DNA from: Brevinematales bacterium
GTDB taxonomy: Bacteria; Spirochaetota; Brevinematia; Brevinematales; GWF1-51-8
Assembly (NCBI GenBank): GCA_013177895.1
Contig: JABLXV010000007.1
Span: forward strand, 23,992 to 87,991
Length of the DNA: 64,000 nucleotides
Reading direction: 5' to 3'
Shown: piece by piece, positions 20,255-30,194 of the stretch
Position numbering within the stretch: the stretch's first letter is position 1
How the letters are laid out: the number at the start of each line of letters is the position of its first letter
The notes under the pieces: generated by a model
What the model was told of the DNA's origin: nothing
What the model saw: the letters and a program-made list of their open reading frames with translations, nothing else
Database searches by the model: none
Program-made: the position numbers and the translations under genes

Positions 20255-20774
20255 TATCCGCGGCTACGGCGGACTTTCCCCCGAACGCAAACTTTACCTG
20301 ATCGCGTTCCTGACCGCGCTGTCGGGAATCCTCGCGGTCGCGGACAGTTTCCTGCCCAAGCCTATCCCGTTCGCGAAACTCGGCCTCGCCAATCTCGTCA
20401 CAGTCTACCTGATCGCGGAGAAGCGTTACAGTCTCGCGTTCCAGACCGCGTTATACCGGACGATCGCGGCGGGTTTCGTGCTGGGGACATTCCTCTCGTA
20501 CACCTATCTCCTGAGCCTGTCAAGCTCGCTCGCGTCGGTAGGGATGATGGCGCTTTTATCGAAGGCCGGGGGGAAACGGATGTCCGAGGCGGGGCTTTCG
20601 GTCTGGGGCTCGTTCGCGAGCGCCATCGCGCAGGGCGCGGTGGTGGGGATATTCTACGGGTTCGACCGGGGACTCCTGATGATGGTGTCGATCTTCGTGC
20701 TGATCGGGGCGGCCACGGGCTTCCTGATCGGCGTAGGGGTACGGCATTACCGCCGCGCCGAAACAGTCCAATGA
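20229..20774 (+). CDS. Gx transporter family membrane protein (heptaprenyl diphosphate synthase component I-like)
   Basis: The ORF is 181 aa and polytopic. It contains LGLANLVTVYLIAEKR and overlaps the NusG_II gene, which is the usual partner of this family. Confidence 0.55.
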   Translation: MASTQLANDIRGYGGLSPERKLYLIAFLTALSGILAVADSFLPKPIPFAKLGLANLVTVYLIAEKRYSLAFQTALYRTIAAGFVLGTFLSYTYLLSLSSSLASVGMMALLSKAGGKRMSEAGLSVWGSFASAIAQGAVVGIFYGFDRGLLMMVSIFVLIGAATGFLIGVGVRHYRRAETVQ

Positions 20775-20808
20775 TACACGGTGAATTCCGAAATAAGGTG
20801 TGCAGATA

Positions 20809-21327
20809 ATGAAATTTCTCGAAGACCTCATCGCATCGTTCTACTTCTGGCTGATTACCGCGCTCGTAGTGGCGGCGGTTCCGACTATCGCGATCATGGT
20901 CGCGCGCCGCGGGAAGACCCCGAAATTCCCGCCGGTAAAGCCGTCCCGAAAGCGGAAACAGTCCAAAGCTAAGGGATTCCATTTCGCGGACCTTTTCCCG
21001 AAGCCCGGCGGAGGCAAGAAAAAGGGCGGGAGTTTTTCCGAGAAGATCGGCCAGCAGGTGGTCGACTGGATGATCGACGTCAGCCGTTCGGTCAGCCGCG
21101 AGAAACTCCGCGAGCTCCTGTCGAAGATCACCAAGGAATGCAACCGCCTCAGCGCCCTGCCGCTGCCCGACGAGAACAAGCGCATTATCTCGACCGTCCT
21201 CATCTGGTCGAACAATTTCGATATCGAGAAGCATGTTAACGAGATGACGCTGTTCCATAACTCCACGCAGATCGTGTACGACTCCCAGAAGCGCGACTTC
21301 AAGCTGATGATCGTGAGAGATGCCTAA
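20809..21327 (+). CDS. Hypothetical membrane-anchored protein
   Basis: The ORF-track entry starts at the GTG at 20800. The ATG at 20809 is better spaced from AAGGTG. The protein has an N-terminal TM helix, a Lys-rich linker and a soluble C-terminal domain. I recognised no family. Confidence 0.5.
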   Translation: MKFLEDLIASFYFWLITALVVAAVPTIAIMVARRGKTPKFPPVKPSRKRKQSKAKGFHFADLFPKPGGGKKKGGSFSEKIGQQVVDWMIDVSRSVSREKLRELLSKITKECNRLSALPLPDENKRIISTVLIWSNNFDIEKHVNEMTLFHNSTQIVYDSQKRDFKLMIVRDA

Positions 21328-21772
21328 CACCCTGAGGGTGGGCAATCCCATTACCACCGAATAATCACCTTTCCGCCACGCGCCTGCGACCGAACGTCAT
21401 CCCGAGCTTGTCGAGGGACTGCGCGACGACCAGCAGAACAATTTACATATTTTTTGTGGCTCTTTTTCTTGGCTTTTTGATCTGCGATTTGAGAAGTCAT
21501 CATATTGAAAAAATAAACAAAGGCTACGCCGAATAACAAGAATAGAATTACATCATGCGATATTATAATCCATCTAGTTGTATCACATTTTGCAACTATA
21601 CTATTTCTATACAAATACTTTGTCAATTCTACAACACAATATGAATTTCGTACATATTCGCGGTTCCGCCCGGTGTTCCCTTTCTACTTTTTACTTTCCA
21701 TTTGTCACTTCACTTGATATTTCCCGGATTATGCCGATAATCCCCGTAGGACTCGCATTTTCAGGTCGTTTG

Positions 21773-21781
21773 TGGTATAAT
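21773..21781 (+). promoter_or_regulatory. Candidate extended -10 promoter element for murC
   Basis: The sequence tggTATAAT has TGn at 21773-21775 and TATAAT at 21776-21781. It lies about 48 nt upstream of the murC ATG. I found no good -35 element. Confidence 0.35.
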
Positions 21782-21828
21782 ATATACTGGCACAGTTATC
21801 ACAACTGACTCTATGGAGGTCTTTGTCA

Positions 21829-23217
21829 ATGGAAGCAGGGAAGAAAATATTTTTTATCGGTATAGGCGGGGTCGGGATGTCCGCGCTCGCGGTGATTCTC
21901 CGTGAACGGGGTTTCGACATATCCGGCTCGGACCGTTACGAATCCGATATGACCGTGCGTCTCCGCGATAAGGGGATAGATGTGCGGATCGGGCATGACG
22001 CGTCGAATATCACCGACGATATAGATACAGTCGTATATACCAACGCGGTATCGCAGGACAACCCGGAATTACAGCGCGCGATGGAGCTGGGCAAGAAGGT
22101 GATGGAACGCGCGGCGATGCTCCAGTTCGTCGGGTCGACCAAGTACTCGATCGGCATCTCCGGCACCCACGGGAAAACTACCACCACTTCGATGGTATCC
22201 CGGATATTCCTGCATGCCGGGCTCGAACCGTCCCTCGCTGTCGGCGGCGTGCTCCCCGAGATACAGGGGTCGGGCTACGAGGGGAACGGCAAGTACTGCA
22301 TCTACGAGGCCTGCGAGGCGTTCGCGTCCATGATGCACCTGCACCCGGATGTCGCGGTCATCACCAATATCGACGGCGACCATCTCGATTATTATGGAAG
22401 CATGGAAAATATCCGCAAGATGTTCGTGCGTTATCTGCAGGAGAATATCCCGCCGCACGGCATAGTTATCTATAACCTCGACGACCGCAACCTGCGGAAT
22501 GTCGTGAAGATCGCCGAGCCCCGGAACACGATTTCCATCGGCATCCGGCATAAAGAAGCGGATTTTACCGCTGAAAATATCGAGCTCGACAGTTACTCGT
22601 CGACATTCACCGTGAAACTCCACGGCAAGGTGCTCGGCGAATACTATGTCAACGTACCGGGCATGCATAACGTTTATAACTCGATGCTCGCGATCGTGAC
22701 GGCGCATATTAACGGGCTTCCCGGCGAGAAGGTGCGGGAGAGTCTAGCGACCTTCCGTAACGCCAACCGCCGTTTCCAGGTCAAGCATACCGACGAGCAT
22801 CTGACGGTGATCGACGATTACGCGCATCACCCGTCGGAAATACGCGCGACCCTGTCGGCGGCGAGGAAATTGTCCGATAAGCAGAACGCCCAACTGATCG
22901 CGGTGTTCCAGCCGCACCTGTACTCGCGCACCGAGCATTTCTATAAGGACTTCGCGAAGTCGCTGGCGGAAGCCGACCGTGTCGTGCTGACCGAGATATA
23001 CGCCGCGCGCGAGGAAAATGTCCATAATATTTCGACGAAAATCATTTACGATGAAATCATAAAGATCATGGGCGCGGATAACGTGCTGTACCTGAAGGAT
23101 TTGGATGACGCCGCGGGCGCTCTGCGTCCGTATCTTGACGCCGATTCCATCGTGATAACATTAGGAGCGGGAGATGTCTGGAAAGTTTCTGAAATGTTCG
23201 GTCATAGCTGCGCTTAG
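21829..23217 (+). CDS. murC: UDP-N-acetylmuramate--L-alanine ligase
   Basis: The ORF-track entry starts at the TTG at 21823. The ATG at 21829 has GGAGG upstream. Motifs include FIGIGGVGMSALA, GISGTHGKTTTTSM, DDYAHHP and FQPHLYSRT. Confidence 0.95.
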   Translation: MEAGKKIFFIGIGGVGMSALAVILRERGFDISGSDRYESDMTVRLRDKGIDVRIGHDASNITDDIDTVVYTNAVSQDNPELQRAMELGKKVMERAAMLQFVGSTKYSIGISGTHGKTTTTSMVSRIFLHAGLEPSLAVGGVLPEIQGSGYEGNGKYCIYEACEAFASMMHLHPDVAVITNIDGDHLDYYGSMENIRKMFVRYLQENIPPHGIVIYNLDDRNLRNVVKIAEPRNTISIGIRHKEADFTAENIELDSYSSTFTVKLHGKVLGEYYVNVPGMHNVYNSMLAIVTAHINGLPGEKVRESLATFRNANRRFQVKHTDEHLTVIDDYAHHPSEIRATLSAARKLSDKQNAQLIAVFQPHLYSRTEHFYKDFAKSLAEADRVVLTEIYAAREENVHNISTKIIYDEIIKIMGADNVLYLKDLDDAAGALRPYLDADSIVITLGAGDVWKVSEMFGHSCA

Positions 23218-23752
23218 TATCTGTATTACCGCGGGAGTGTTCGCGGCGAGCGGGGTCAATCTGCCCCCTAAGCCGGAGTTTCAGGTGAACGGGTTCCGTC
23301 TGCTGACCGCCGACAAGAATCAGATCATCGGCCTGCGTTTTAAGGGCATGGGCGACTGGCTCATGCATAAAAAAGCCTACTCTACCGCGATCAAGTATTA
23401 CGAGAACGCCACCCAGTACCTTCCCAACGAGGCGGATATCTTCTTTAATCTGGGCGAAATCTACTTCCGCGAGGGCGTTTATAACCTTTCGGAAAAGTAT
23501 TACAAAATCGCCGCCGATAAATATATGCTGCCTGAGAACGCCGGTAAGACGAAGGAGCGTTACTATATGTCGCTCATCATGCGGGCGATCTCGCTCAAGC
23601 TCAAGGGCGATGTGATGCAGGCGGAGCAGATGACGATGGATATCGACAAGCTGGAAGCGGAGATACAGTCCAAATATCCCGCGGCTTATACGAAATTGAA
23701 GCTATTATATAACGAGGTTTGGGGAAAATACGGTAAAGAAGCGAAGTTTTAG
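23174..23752 (+). CDS. TPR-like secreted protein
   Basis: The ORF is 192 aa with the signal peptide CSVIAALSICITAGVFAAS. TPR-like helices include AIKYYENATQYLPNEADIFFNLGEIYFREG. It overlaps the murC 3' end by 44 nt. Confidence 0.55.
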   Translation: MSGKFLKCSVIAALSICITAGVFAASGVNLPPKPEFQVNGFRLLTADKNQIIGLRFKGMGDWLMHKKAYSTAIKYYENATQYLPNEADIFFNLGEIYFREGVYNLSEKYYKIAADKYMLPENAGKTKERYYMSLIMRAISLKLKGDVMQAEQMTMDIDKLEAEIQSKYPAAYTKLKLLYNEVWGKYGKEAKF

Positions 23753-23764
23753 CCGGAGGTTGTT

Positions 23765-24772
23765 TTGTCTCCATTGACCCTGATCATCATCATTGTTTGG
23801 GTGCTGACAGTATCCGTCCTGATCGCGATTTTCGTGCATAATATGCAGAAAAAGAAACAGGGCAAGACCTTCTCGAAGGAGTTCAACCATCTCGCGTTGT
23901 CGGTCGGCCTGTCCAAGAACGACATCAAGGATATCAAGGACATCCTCGTGAAGTCCGGCATATCCAAACCGTACCTGATCTTCTCCGACGCCAATCTCCT
24001 CGAAAAAGTCATCCTCGAAAATATCGCGGCTATCGAGAAGCTGAACCTTCCCCCAGAGGATAAGGAAAAACGCATCCTCGCGCTCTTCGAGATCAAACGT
24101 AAAATATTTAACCATTACCATAGTATGCGCGAGGGCCTCCGCAGTACGATGGAGATCGAGGCGAACCAGCTCCTTTCCATGAAAGTCGGCAGTCTCGGTA
24201 AATTCTACACCATCCTCATTATGAACGACCGGAAGAACCTGATCTGTTCGATGCCCGAGATCAAGGAACCGTTCGCCCTCGAGTGGAAGGACAAGCCGGT
24301 CGAGATCTACTTCTGGCGTTACAACGACGCAGGATATATCTTCAAGAGCACTATCGAGAATGTCGTCAATAATAAACGTTTGCAGTCGCTCCTGATCGCG
24401 CACACGACCGATATCAAACGTATCCAGCGCCGGGAATACCCCCGCCGGAAGGCGCGTTTCAACTGTAAATTCTTCAAATTCAGCATCACCACGTCCGAAC
24501 AGGGAAAACCCGTGGCGCTCCTCGGCAAGACCCACTTCGGGGTCGTGATCGACCTCAGCCCCGGCGGCGCATCGATCATGTCCGACGAGGTACCGAAGAA
24601 GAACAGCAATATCAAGCTCGACTTCTCTATCGGCGAGGAAAGCTATATCGCCTACGGGACTGTGATGAACGTCGTCCGCAAGAAAAACATGTACATCGTC
24701 CACATCCAGTTCCACCGCATGAGCGACCGCGTGAAAAACACCATCTATAGGTACGTGTATAACTACATCTAA
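23765..24772 (+). CDS. PilZ domain c-di-GMP receptor (YcgR-like architecture with an N-terminal TM helix)
   Basis: The ORF is 335 aa with a TTG start 6 nt after GGAGG. The PilZ signature is RREYPRR (RxxxR) followed by VVIDLSPGGASI (D/NxSxxG). Confidence 0.75.
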   Translation: MSPLTLIIIIVWVLTVSVLIAIFVHNMQKKKQGKTFSKEFNHLALSVGLSKNDIKDIKDILVKSGISKPYLIFSDANLLEKVILENIAAIEKLNLPPEDKEKRILALFEIKRKIFNHYHSMREGLRSTMEIEANQLLSMKVGSLGKFYTILIMNDRKNLICSMPEIKEPFALEWKDKPVEIYFWRYNDAGYIFKSTIENVVNNKRLQSLLIAHTTDIKRIQRREYPRRKARFNCKFFKFSITTSEQGKPVALLGKTHFGVVIDLSPGGASIMSDEVPKKNSNIKLDFSIGEESYIAYGTVMNVVRKKNMYIVHIQFHRMSDRVKNTIYRYVYNYI

Positions 24773-25319
24773 GTACTGCGTACCCCATTCCCGATACCAA
24801 ACAGATGTATCCTATCAGGATATAGCCCGTGATGAAATGGTGATTGCGCCCTTCAATCTTAGTACTGCGCGACCCCCACGGAGGGGTGAAGTGCCGAGCG
24901 GAGACAGTTTGCATTCACGCGAAGCGTGGATGGGATGTCACAGCCGGCGGGCTAATCCCGATACCGCGCTCATGCATCCTATCAGCATATAGCCCGTGGT
25001 GAAAGTCATTGCGAACCGTGAGCGCAGTCGAACGGTGAAGCAATCTTCCCTATCAATTAACAACCCTTGTCACCCTGAGCGCAGTCGAAGGGCGCGGCTT
25101 ACCTCTTTCCCTCGACAGTGGTTCGGCTACGCTCACCATCCGTACGGGATGACGTCTCTGTCTCCCATCACTGGGTACTGCGTACCCTAACCCCGACACC
25201 AAACTGATGCATTCTATCAGAATATAGCCCGCGACGGCGGCTTCTGCTGAAACCTTCATCACGGGCTATCTTAATATATCGGTAGTTAGCTTCATATCGG
25301 GACTAGTGTACGCAGTACC
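24772..25319. repeat. Intergenic nest of at least three repeat families between convergent genes
   Basis: There are four copies of a roughly 65-nt unit (gtactgcgtacc..cccgatacc..ctatcag.atatagcccgtg). They lie at about 24772-24837, 24861-24877 plus 24953-25005 (a split copy), 25174-25237 and, inverted, 25256-25319. A gtcattgcga..gaagcaatct element starts near 25006, and gtcaccctgagcgcagtcgaagggcg lies near 25069-25094. Confidence 0.8.
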
Positions 25320-25846
25320 TACTCCAGTTTGAAGTTCAGCGTCAGGCGTACCTCGACGGGCTGATTCATCCCGTTAATCTTCGCCGGGACGAACTTCGCG
25401 CAGAATACCGCGTTCGACGCGGACTGCGATAGCGACGCATGCGGGGACGACTCGATCTTCACCATGCGCACTATCCCGTTCTCGTCGATATCCGCGAGCA
25501 GTACGACCTTTCCCTCGATCCCGAGCTTCCGCGCTTCGGGCGGGTACGGCGGGTCGATATCCCCGATCGCGGACGGCATGGAGTCGACCATATAGAACGG
25601 GTAGAAGTTGGTCGGGCCGGACGGATAGACGTTCTGGGTCTTCGTGACATTAGTCTCGATTACCTTCTGCTTCACTTCCTGGATATCCCCCGCGGATTCG
25701 GCGATCACCGACTGCGGCTGGAAATCCTGTATCCTGATAATATTGATCGCCACAGGCTGCGAACCCTTACTGCCCATCCGTATCTGGAACACGAAAATGA
25801 GCACGAGATGGAATACCGCCGAACCGATCAGCCATTTAATGCCCAT
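25319..25846 (-). CDS. TonB family energy transducer
   Basis: The ORF is 175 aa with an N-terminal TM helix. The C-terminal TonB domain reads PPYPPEARKLGIEGKVVLLADIDENGIV. It overlaps the upstream exbD stop. Confidence 0.8.
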   Translation of the reverse strand: MGIKWLIGSAVFHLVLIFVFQIRMGSKGSQPVAINIIRIQDFQPQSVIAESAGDIQEVKQKVIETNVTKTQNVYPSGPTNFYPFYMVDSMPSAIGDIDPPYPPEARKLGIEGKVVLLADIDENGIVRMVKIESSPHASLSQSASNAVFCAKFVPAKINGMNQPVEVRLTLNFKLE

Positions 25847-26261
25847 CGGGGGCCTCCTTCTCCGCCTTCGTCTTGGCGATAAACGCCGCGTCGATAGGCC
25901 CGTTTTTGCGCAGAGTGTTCAGGAGCTGGTCGATCGCGTCATACTCGGTATCGACATCGCCGACCACCTGGAGGATAGCCTCCGGGAAGAGGCTCGCGTG
26001 CTTGTCGTACAGGAACGAAATCTCGCTCAGGTTCTTTTCCTCGCCCTTGTAGTAGTAGAACCCGTCCCTGTCCACGAACACGGTAAACACCTGATCCTGC
26101 GATATCGACGAGGTATACACGACCGAGGGAACGTTCAGTTTCAGCTTCTGGCTCTGGTCGAGCGCGGACACCACCATCAGGAATATCAGCAGGAGGAACG
26201 CGATATCCGACATCGCGGCCACGGGGATATTGATATGGGAAAATGTTTTTCTCAGTTTCAT
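25836..26261 (-). CDS. ExbD/TolR family biopolymer transport protein
   Basis: The ORF is 141 aa. It contains INIPVAAMSDIAFLLLIFLMV, the TM helix typical of ExbD. Confidence 0.85.
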   Translation of the reverse strand: MKLRKTFSHINIPVAAMSDIAFLLLIFLMVVSALDQSQKLKLNVPSVVYTSSISQDQVFTVFVDRDGFYYYKGEEKNLSEISFLYDKHASLFPEAILQVVGDVDTEYDAIDQLLNTLRKNGPIDAAFIAKTKAEKEAPDGH

Positions 26262-26647
26262 TTTTCCATCCTTACCGAGATATTCGCCCCGCTCGCGGGG
26301 ATCAGCCCGATGAAATCAAGGACGTGCTGGTACTTCACGCCCTTCCGTACCTCGATCAGGAGATTCGGCCTGTTCAGCGCGAGTATCGCGTCGGCCAACC
26401 CCTGTAATTCGGTCTTTTTCCCGTTAATCAGGTAGGCGTCCTGCGTAATCAGCACCTTGTCGATCTGCTCCATGCTGACTGTTTTTACGGTATCGGTCTT
26501 TTTCGGCATATCGAGTTTCAGTCCGGTCTTGAGCGCGAACGACGTCGTAATCACGAAAAAGATAATTAAAAGGAACGCGATATCGGACTGGCTGGAAGTG
26601 GGTATTTCCGTACTGACCCGCTTCCCGCCTATTTTTAGCCGTTTCAT
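26258..26647 (-). CDS. ExbD/TolR family biopolymer transport protein (second copy)
   Basis: The ORF is 129 aa. It contains TSSQSDIAFLLIIFFVIT. Confidence 0.85.
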   Translation of the reverse strand: MKRLKIGGKRVSTEIPTSSQSDIAFLLIIFFVITTSFALKTGLKLDMPKKTDTVKTVSMEQIDKVLITQDAYLINGKKTELQGLADAILALNRPNLLIEVRKGVKYQHVLDFIGLIPASGANISVRMEK

Positions 26648-26648
26648 A

Positions 26649-27398
26649 TTAAATCACCAGTTTTTCTATCAGATTCTCGCCCGCGTCGATGGTTTTACAG
26701 GTAAAATTCTCCACCTTGTTCACGAACATACTATAGAAGAAGTTCAGGACGATGGCGATCACAAGACCCACTTCGGTGGTAATGAGCGCCTCATAGATAC
26801 CCTTCGCCACCAGGCTAACCGAGACCTGCTCGGCGAACGAAATAGTGCGGAACGCGAAAATCATACCCGACACGGTTCCGAGGAATCCCACAAGCGGGGC
26901 GAGATTGATCAGGGTATTGATGATGACGAAGCCCTTCTGGAGATTCAGGATATGGATATTGAGCGAGGCTTCGAGAACTTCGTCGAGCTCCGTGATGGAT
27001 TTCCTGGTATCGGAAAGACGCAATACCTCGCGGAGCACGTCTCCGAGCCGCGACGGGTTTTGCTCGATATATTTTTTAATATCGTCGACACTCCCGCCGT
27101 TCTTGCACATCGCGAAAAGTTTATCGTCGCTGACTTTCCTGCGGAGATAGAAGAACGCGCGTTCCATCAGGTACGCCATGCCGAGCACCGAGAAAATAAG
27201 GAGCGGCCACATGAAAATACCGCCCATATCCATGAACTCCTTGATATTGAAGCTGGACTTTTCGGGCTGCATAGCGGCGGCGGGGTTTTCTCCCGCTTCG
27301 CTATTGCTGACAACACTCGCGGCCGGGGCGTTGGTCGCCCCGAGCGCTAACGGCGCCGCTATAAACAATCCGAGCATGATAATCGCTTTCTTTTTCAT
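26649..27398 (-). CDS. MotA/TolQ/ExbB proton channel protein
   Basis: The ORF is 249 aa with a signal or TM segment. The conserved C-terminal region reads LAPLVGFLGTVSGMIFAF..GIYEALITTEVGL. Confidence 0.9.
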   Translation of the reverse strand: MKKKAIIMLGLFIAAPLALGATNAPAASVVSNSEAGENPAAAMQPEKSSFNIKEFMDMGGIFMWPLLIFSVLGMAYLMERAFFYLRRKVSDDKLFAMCKNGGSVDDIKKYIEQNPSRLGDVLREVLRLSDTRKSITELDEVLEASLNIHILNLQKGFVIINTLINLAPLVGFLGTVSGMIFAFRTISFAEQVSVSLVAKGIYEALITTEVGLVIAIVLNFFYSMFVNKVENFTCKTIDAGENLIEKLVI

Positions 27399-27421
27399 CG
27401 TTATTTACCTCTTAGTATTAT

Positions 27422-29767
27422 TTAGAACTTTATCTGCATTCCGCCGAGGAACGTGAACGGCAGGTCTTTTATCGCCGTTTTCTGGAGCGCGTTATCCTTG
27501 ACGATATAGGTATAATCCACTATGTTATCCCAGTTCAGCAGGTTGCCGAACGAGAAGTAGCTGGATGTCTCGAAGTCGTGTATCCCGAACGCATGCAGTA
27601 TCGAGAACAACGAGTACGGCATGGATATTTTCAGGCTGATATTCAACTGCGCGGGAGTCCATTCGCTGTCATACGCGCCATAGAACATCAGGTACTTATT
27701 ATACACATCGACGCCGTTAGTGACTGCCAGGGTCGAGAAGTTGGTGACCGGTGTGTAGGGCTTGCCGCTCATCACGCGGATATCGACGCTGAGTTTCCAA
27801 TCCTTCAGGAAGTTGAGGCCGGGAGTGACATCGTTCGTGCGATAGGTAAACTCGGCGATAGCGGAAACCGTGTGATTCCTGACATAGTCCGGTACGAACC
27901 ATTCGTCCTGCGGGGTCATATAATGCTGGGATATGTTCTCGGGAGAACGGTTGGTTATTTTCTCCATCGCGTTGATATAGGTATAGGATACCCACCCGTT
28001 GAACCAGTCGTTCTTCGCCGCTTTCTTCTGGAGATAAACATCGAACCCGTATGCGTCCCGGATACCGGCGTTATTCAGCTTGGTTACCACATCCTGTTCT
28101 ACAATGTTATAATAATGCTTGAAGAACCCTTCCGCGCGGAACGAGTAGTCCGCGTTCTCGAAGTCGATGCCCGCGATAGTCTGGTAATTTTTTACATCCT
28201 TGATTGCATTGTTCATCATCACATTGTTCAACTGGGTCGGGAACTGGTTCGCGAGGGAGCCCCTGACAAATATATCCCAATACTTTGTCATCTCGAACTT
28301 CAATCCTACAAGCGGGTTGATATTATAAAGCACGTCGGTAGCATTGCCGTCTTTGATGGACGCCTTAAAGATCTCTCCTCTCACGCCGGCCTGAACGATA
28401 AAACTATCGAACAGTTCGATATCGTCCATCACGTACGCCGAACCGTACCAGAGGTAGATATTCGAGTACGTCTCGTGACCGCTGTAGATATTCGTCCAGT
28501 TCATCGCATAGTCCAGGATATACTGGTCGATATTCATATCCAGATCGCCGGTGAAGCCCATAATTAATCCGCCCAGTTTGATCCGGTGATGTTCCGCTGA
28601 ATTAATATACCCGTTAACGCCGACCTGCCCGGAGTACTCGTTATCGATTTCCTTCACCTGGATCGATATATCCTGAGAATAATTCACGTCCTGCCGCAGA
28701 TAGGTAAAACCGCCGAAAAGATCGATCTGGTCGCCCGCGTCCGACTTGGACGAATAATTGACGGACGCTATCAGATTATAGGTTAGGTAATGGAAGCTCC
28801 CCCCGTCCTGATTAGGCCCGGCGTTATCGGAAGTTAGCTGCATATCCATCCCCTCGATAGAGCCGAAAAGGTCGAAATAGAGCTTTTCGTTCTTATTGAA
28901 CGTGTGGGTGTACTTTAAAAGTCCGTCCCAGAAATAGGGATACTGGACGCCTGCCTGTCCCCCGTTCGCGATAAAATCGTAGAACGTCCTGCGGATGTCG
29001 AACAGGAACGAGTCCTTATCGCTTAACGGTCCTTCCAGCATGATTTCCATAGTCGCCGCGGAAAAATCGAACATTCCGCCGAACGCGTTGGTTTTACCGT
29101 CCTTACTTTTTACTTCGATCACGCCGGACAGACCCTGCCCGTATACGGACGGGAAAGCCGCGGTGTATAATTCGATATGCTCCACCCAGAGCGGGTTAAA
29201 TATGGATATTCTACCGCCCCAGCGATAGGGAGAAATGACGAACATATTATCGAACGACGAGATGGTTTCCCAGAACGTTCCGCCCTGGATATACATCCGG
29301 CTGTCGAAACTGCTTCCGCTGGTCGCGACACCCGGCATCGCCTGAAGCGTCTTTACCACATCGTTGACAAACCCCTGAGTGGTCTCCTTGATCTGTTCGC
29401 CGGTAATTTTCGTCTTACTGATGGCCTCGCCTTTATTGGCCTTGCCGTACACGGTGATCTCGCCGAGGTTATAAGTCCCGCTGGAGATGACCAGATCGAC
29501 CGACATATCGCCGTTCACGGCGACCGCCTGTTTCTTCTTATGATAGCCCTCGGCGGCGGCGATCATCGTATAAATCCCGTTCGTCACTTCGACCGTGATT
29601 TCAGGGCCGGCCGACGTATTGAAAAGCAGGTTCAGTTCCATAATGGAAACCGCCGCGTTCGGCACAGGCCTGTTCTGACTGTCGACCACATGGATTTTCA
29701 GCGCCGCTGAAAACAGGCTGATCTTCGCCAGCCCTAAAAGAAGCATCACACACGCAAACTTTTTCAC
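27422..29767 (-). CDS. TonB-dependent outer-membrane receptor with an N-terminal carboxypeptidase-regulatory-like domain
   Basis: The ORF-track entry extends to 29860, into a repeat element. I prefer the GTG at 29767, which has GGAGG 5 nt upstream and gives VKKFACVMLLLGLAKISLFSAA. The sequence KIHVVDSQNRPVPNAAVSI resembles a CarbopepD_reg domain. A plug region (ITVYGKANKGE..) is present, and the beta-barrel ends in GGMQIKF with a terminal Phe. Confidence 0.8.
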   Translation of the reverse strand: MKKFACVMLLLGLAKISLFSAALKIHVVDSQNRPVPNAAVSIMELNLLFNTSAGPEITVEVTNGIYTMIAAAEGYHKKKQAVAVNGDMSVDLVISSGTYNLGEITVYGKANKGEAISKTKITGEQIKETTQGFVNDVVKTLQAMPGVATSGSSFDSRMYIQGGTFWETISSFDNMFVISPYRWGGRISIFNPLWVEHIELYTAAFPSVYGQGLSGVIEVKSKDGKTNAFGGMFDFSAATMEIMLEGPLSDKDSFLFDIRRTFYDFIANGGQAGVQYPYFWDGLLKYTHTFNKNEKLYFDLFGSIEGMDMQLTSDNAGPNQDGGSFHYLTYNLIASVNYSSKSDAGDQIDLFGGFTYLRQDVNYSQDISIQVKEIDNEYSGQVGVNGYINSAEHHRIKLGGLIMGFTGDLDMNIDQYILDYAMNWTNIYSGHETYSNIYLWYGSAYVMDDIELFDSFIVQAGVRGEIFKASIKDGNATDVLYNINPLVGLKFEMTKYWDIFVRGSLANQFPTQLNNVMMNNAIKDVKNYQTIAGIDFENADYSFRAEGFFKHYYNIVEQDVVTKLNNAGIRDAYGFDVYLQKKAAKNDWFNGWVSYTYINAMEKITNRSPENISQHYMTPQDEWFVPDYVRNHTVSAIAEFTYRTNDVTPGLNFLKDWKLSVDIRVMSGKPYTPVTNFSTLAVTNGVDVYNKYLMFYGAYDSEWTPAQLNISLKISMPYSLFSILHAFGIHDFETSSYFSFGNLLNWDNIVDYTYIVKDNALQKTAIKDLPFTFLGGMQIKF

Positions 29768-29854
29768 TCTATCCTCCAAAATTTTGATATGCTTATTAAA
29801 CAACCCCGTCGGTTTGGGTCTTATGATAAATATAGAAGCACAATAGCAATTCCG

Positions 29855-30010
29855 TGTCACTGCGATACCGCGCCAGAATTATTTTTAAAGCGCGGGAGAA
29901 GCAGTCTATTCAATCATTTACTGATATTAAAACAGATTGCTTCGGCTATGGTTCGTCAAGCTCACTATGACGCCTCGCCTGTCTACCTTCATAGAAGGCA
30001 GGCAATGACA
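29855..30010 (-). repeat. REP/MITE-like element of about 155 nt (inverted copy of 33151..33305)
   Basis: The reverse complement shares long blocks with 33151..33305: gtcattgc, gaggcgtcat.gtgagc, cgaaccatagccgaagcaatct.ttttaata, atagactgcttc.cccgcg and ggtatcgcagtgaca. Confidence 0.75.
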
Positions 30011-30194
30011 ATATTTGCCAATTCCACAGTTGGGTACTGCTTATTAAACAAAAAGTTTATCGTAATATGTTACTTTCAATCGAAGAATTCAGAATCTTTC
30101 CCGTTCCCCGCACTCTATCCGGCGAGATAAATACTTGATAATCATGCCGAGGCGCATTACAATATGGGCGAAACTAAAAAATCGGGAGATGTCT

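Noticed and set aside
20398-21357. A 319-aa minus-strand ORF overlaps the Gx-transporter and the following gene.
   Set aside because: Its product is Arg/Pro-rich and low-complexity. The plus-strand genes show coherent TM topology and operon spacing.
21351-21626. A 91-aa minus-strand ORF lies in the AT-rich gap upstream of murC.
   Set aside because: It starts with TTG and has no RBS. Its C-terminal third is translated from a dispersed repeat motif (gtcatcccgagcttgtcgaggga). A short real membrane peptide cannot be excluded, but support is insufficient.
23705-24715. A 336-aa minus-strand ORF overlaps the PilZ gene.
   Set aside because: The plus strand carries the RxxxR...D.S..G PilZ signature and an RBS-spaced start. 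The antisense product is Asp/Glu/Val-rich with no motif.
24627-25262. Three ORFs of 64-95 aa lie in the PilZ/tonB intergenic region.
   Set aside because: They sit entirely within the repeat nest. Their recurring peptide strings (GYILI.YI.LVSG.GYAV, HPERSRRA) are translations of the repeat units, and no RBS is present.
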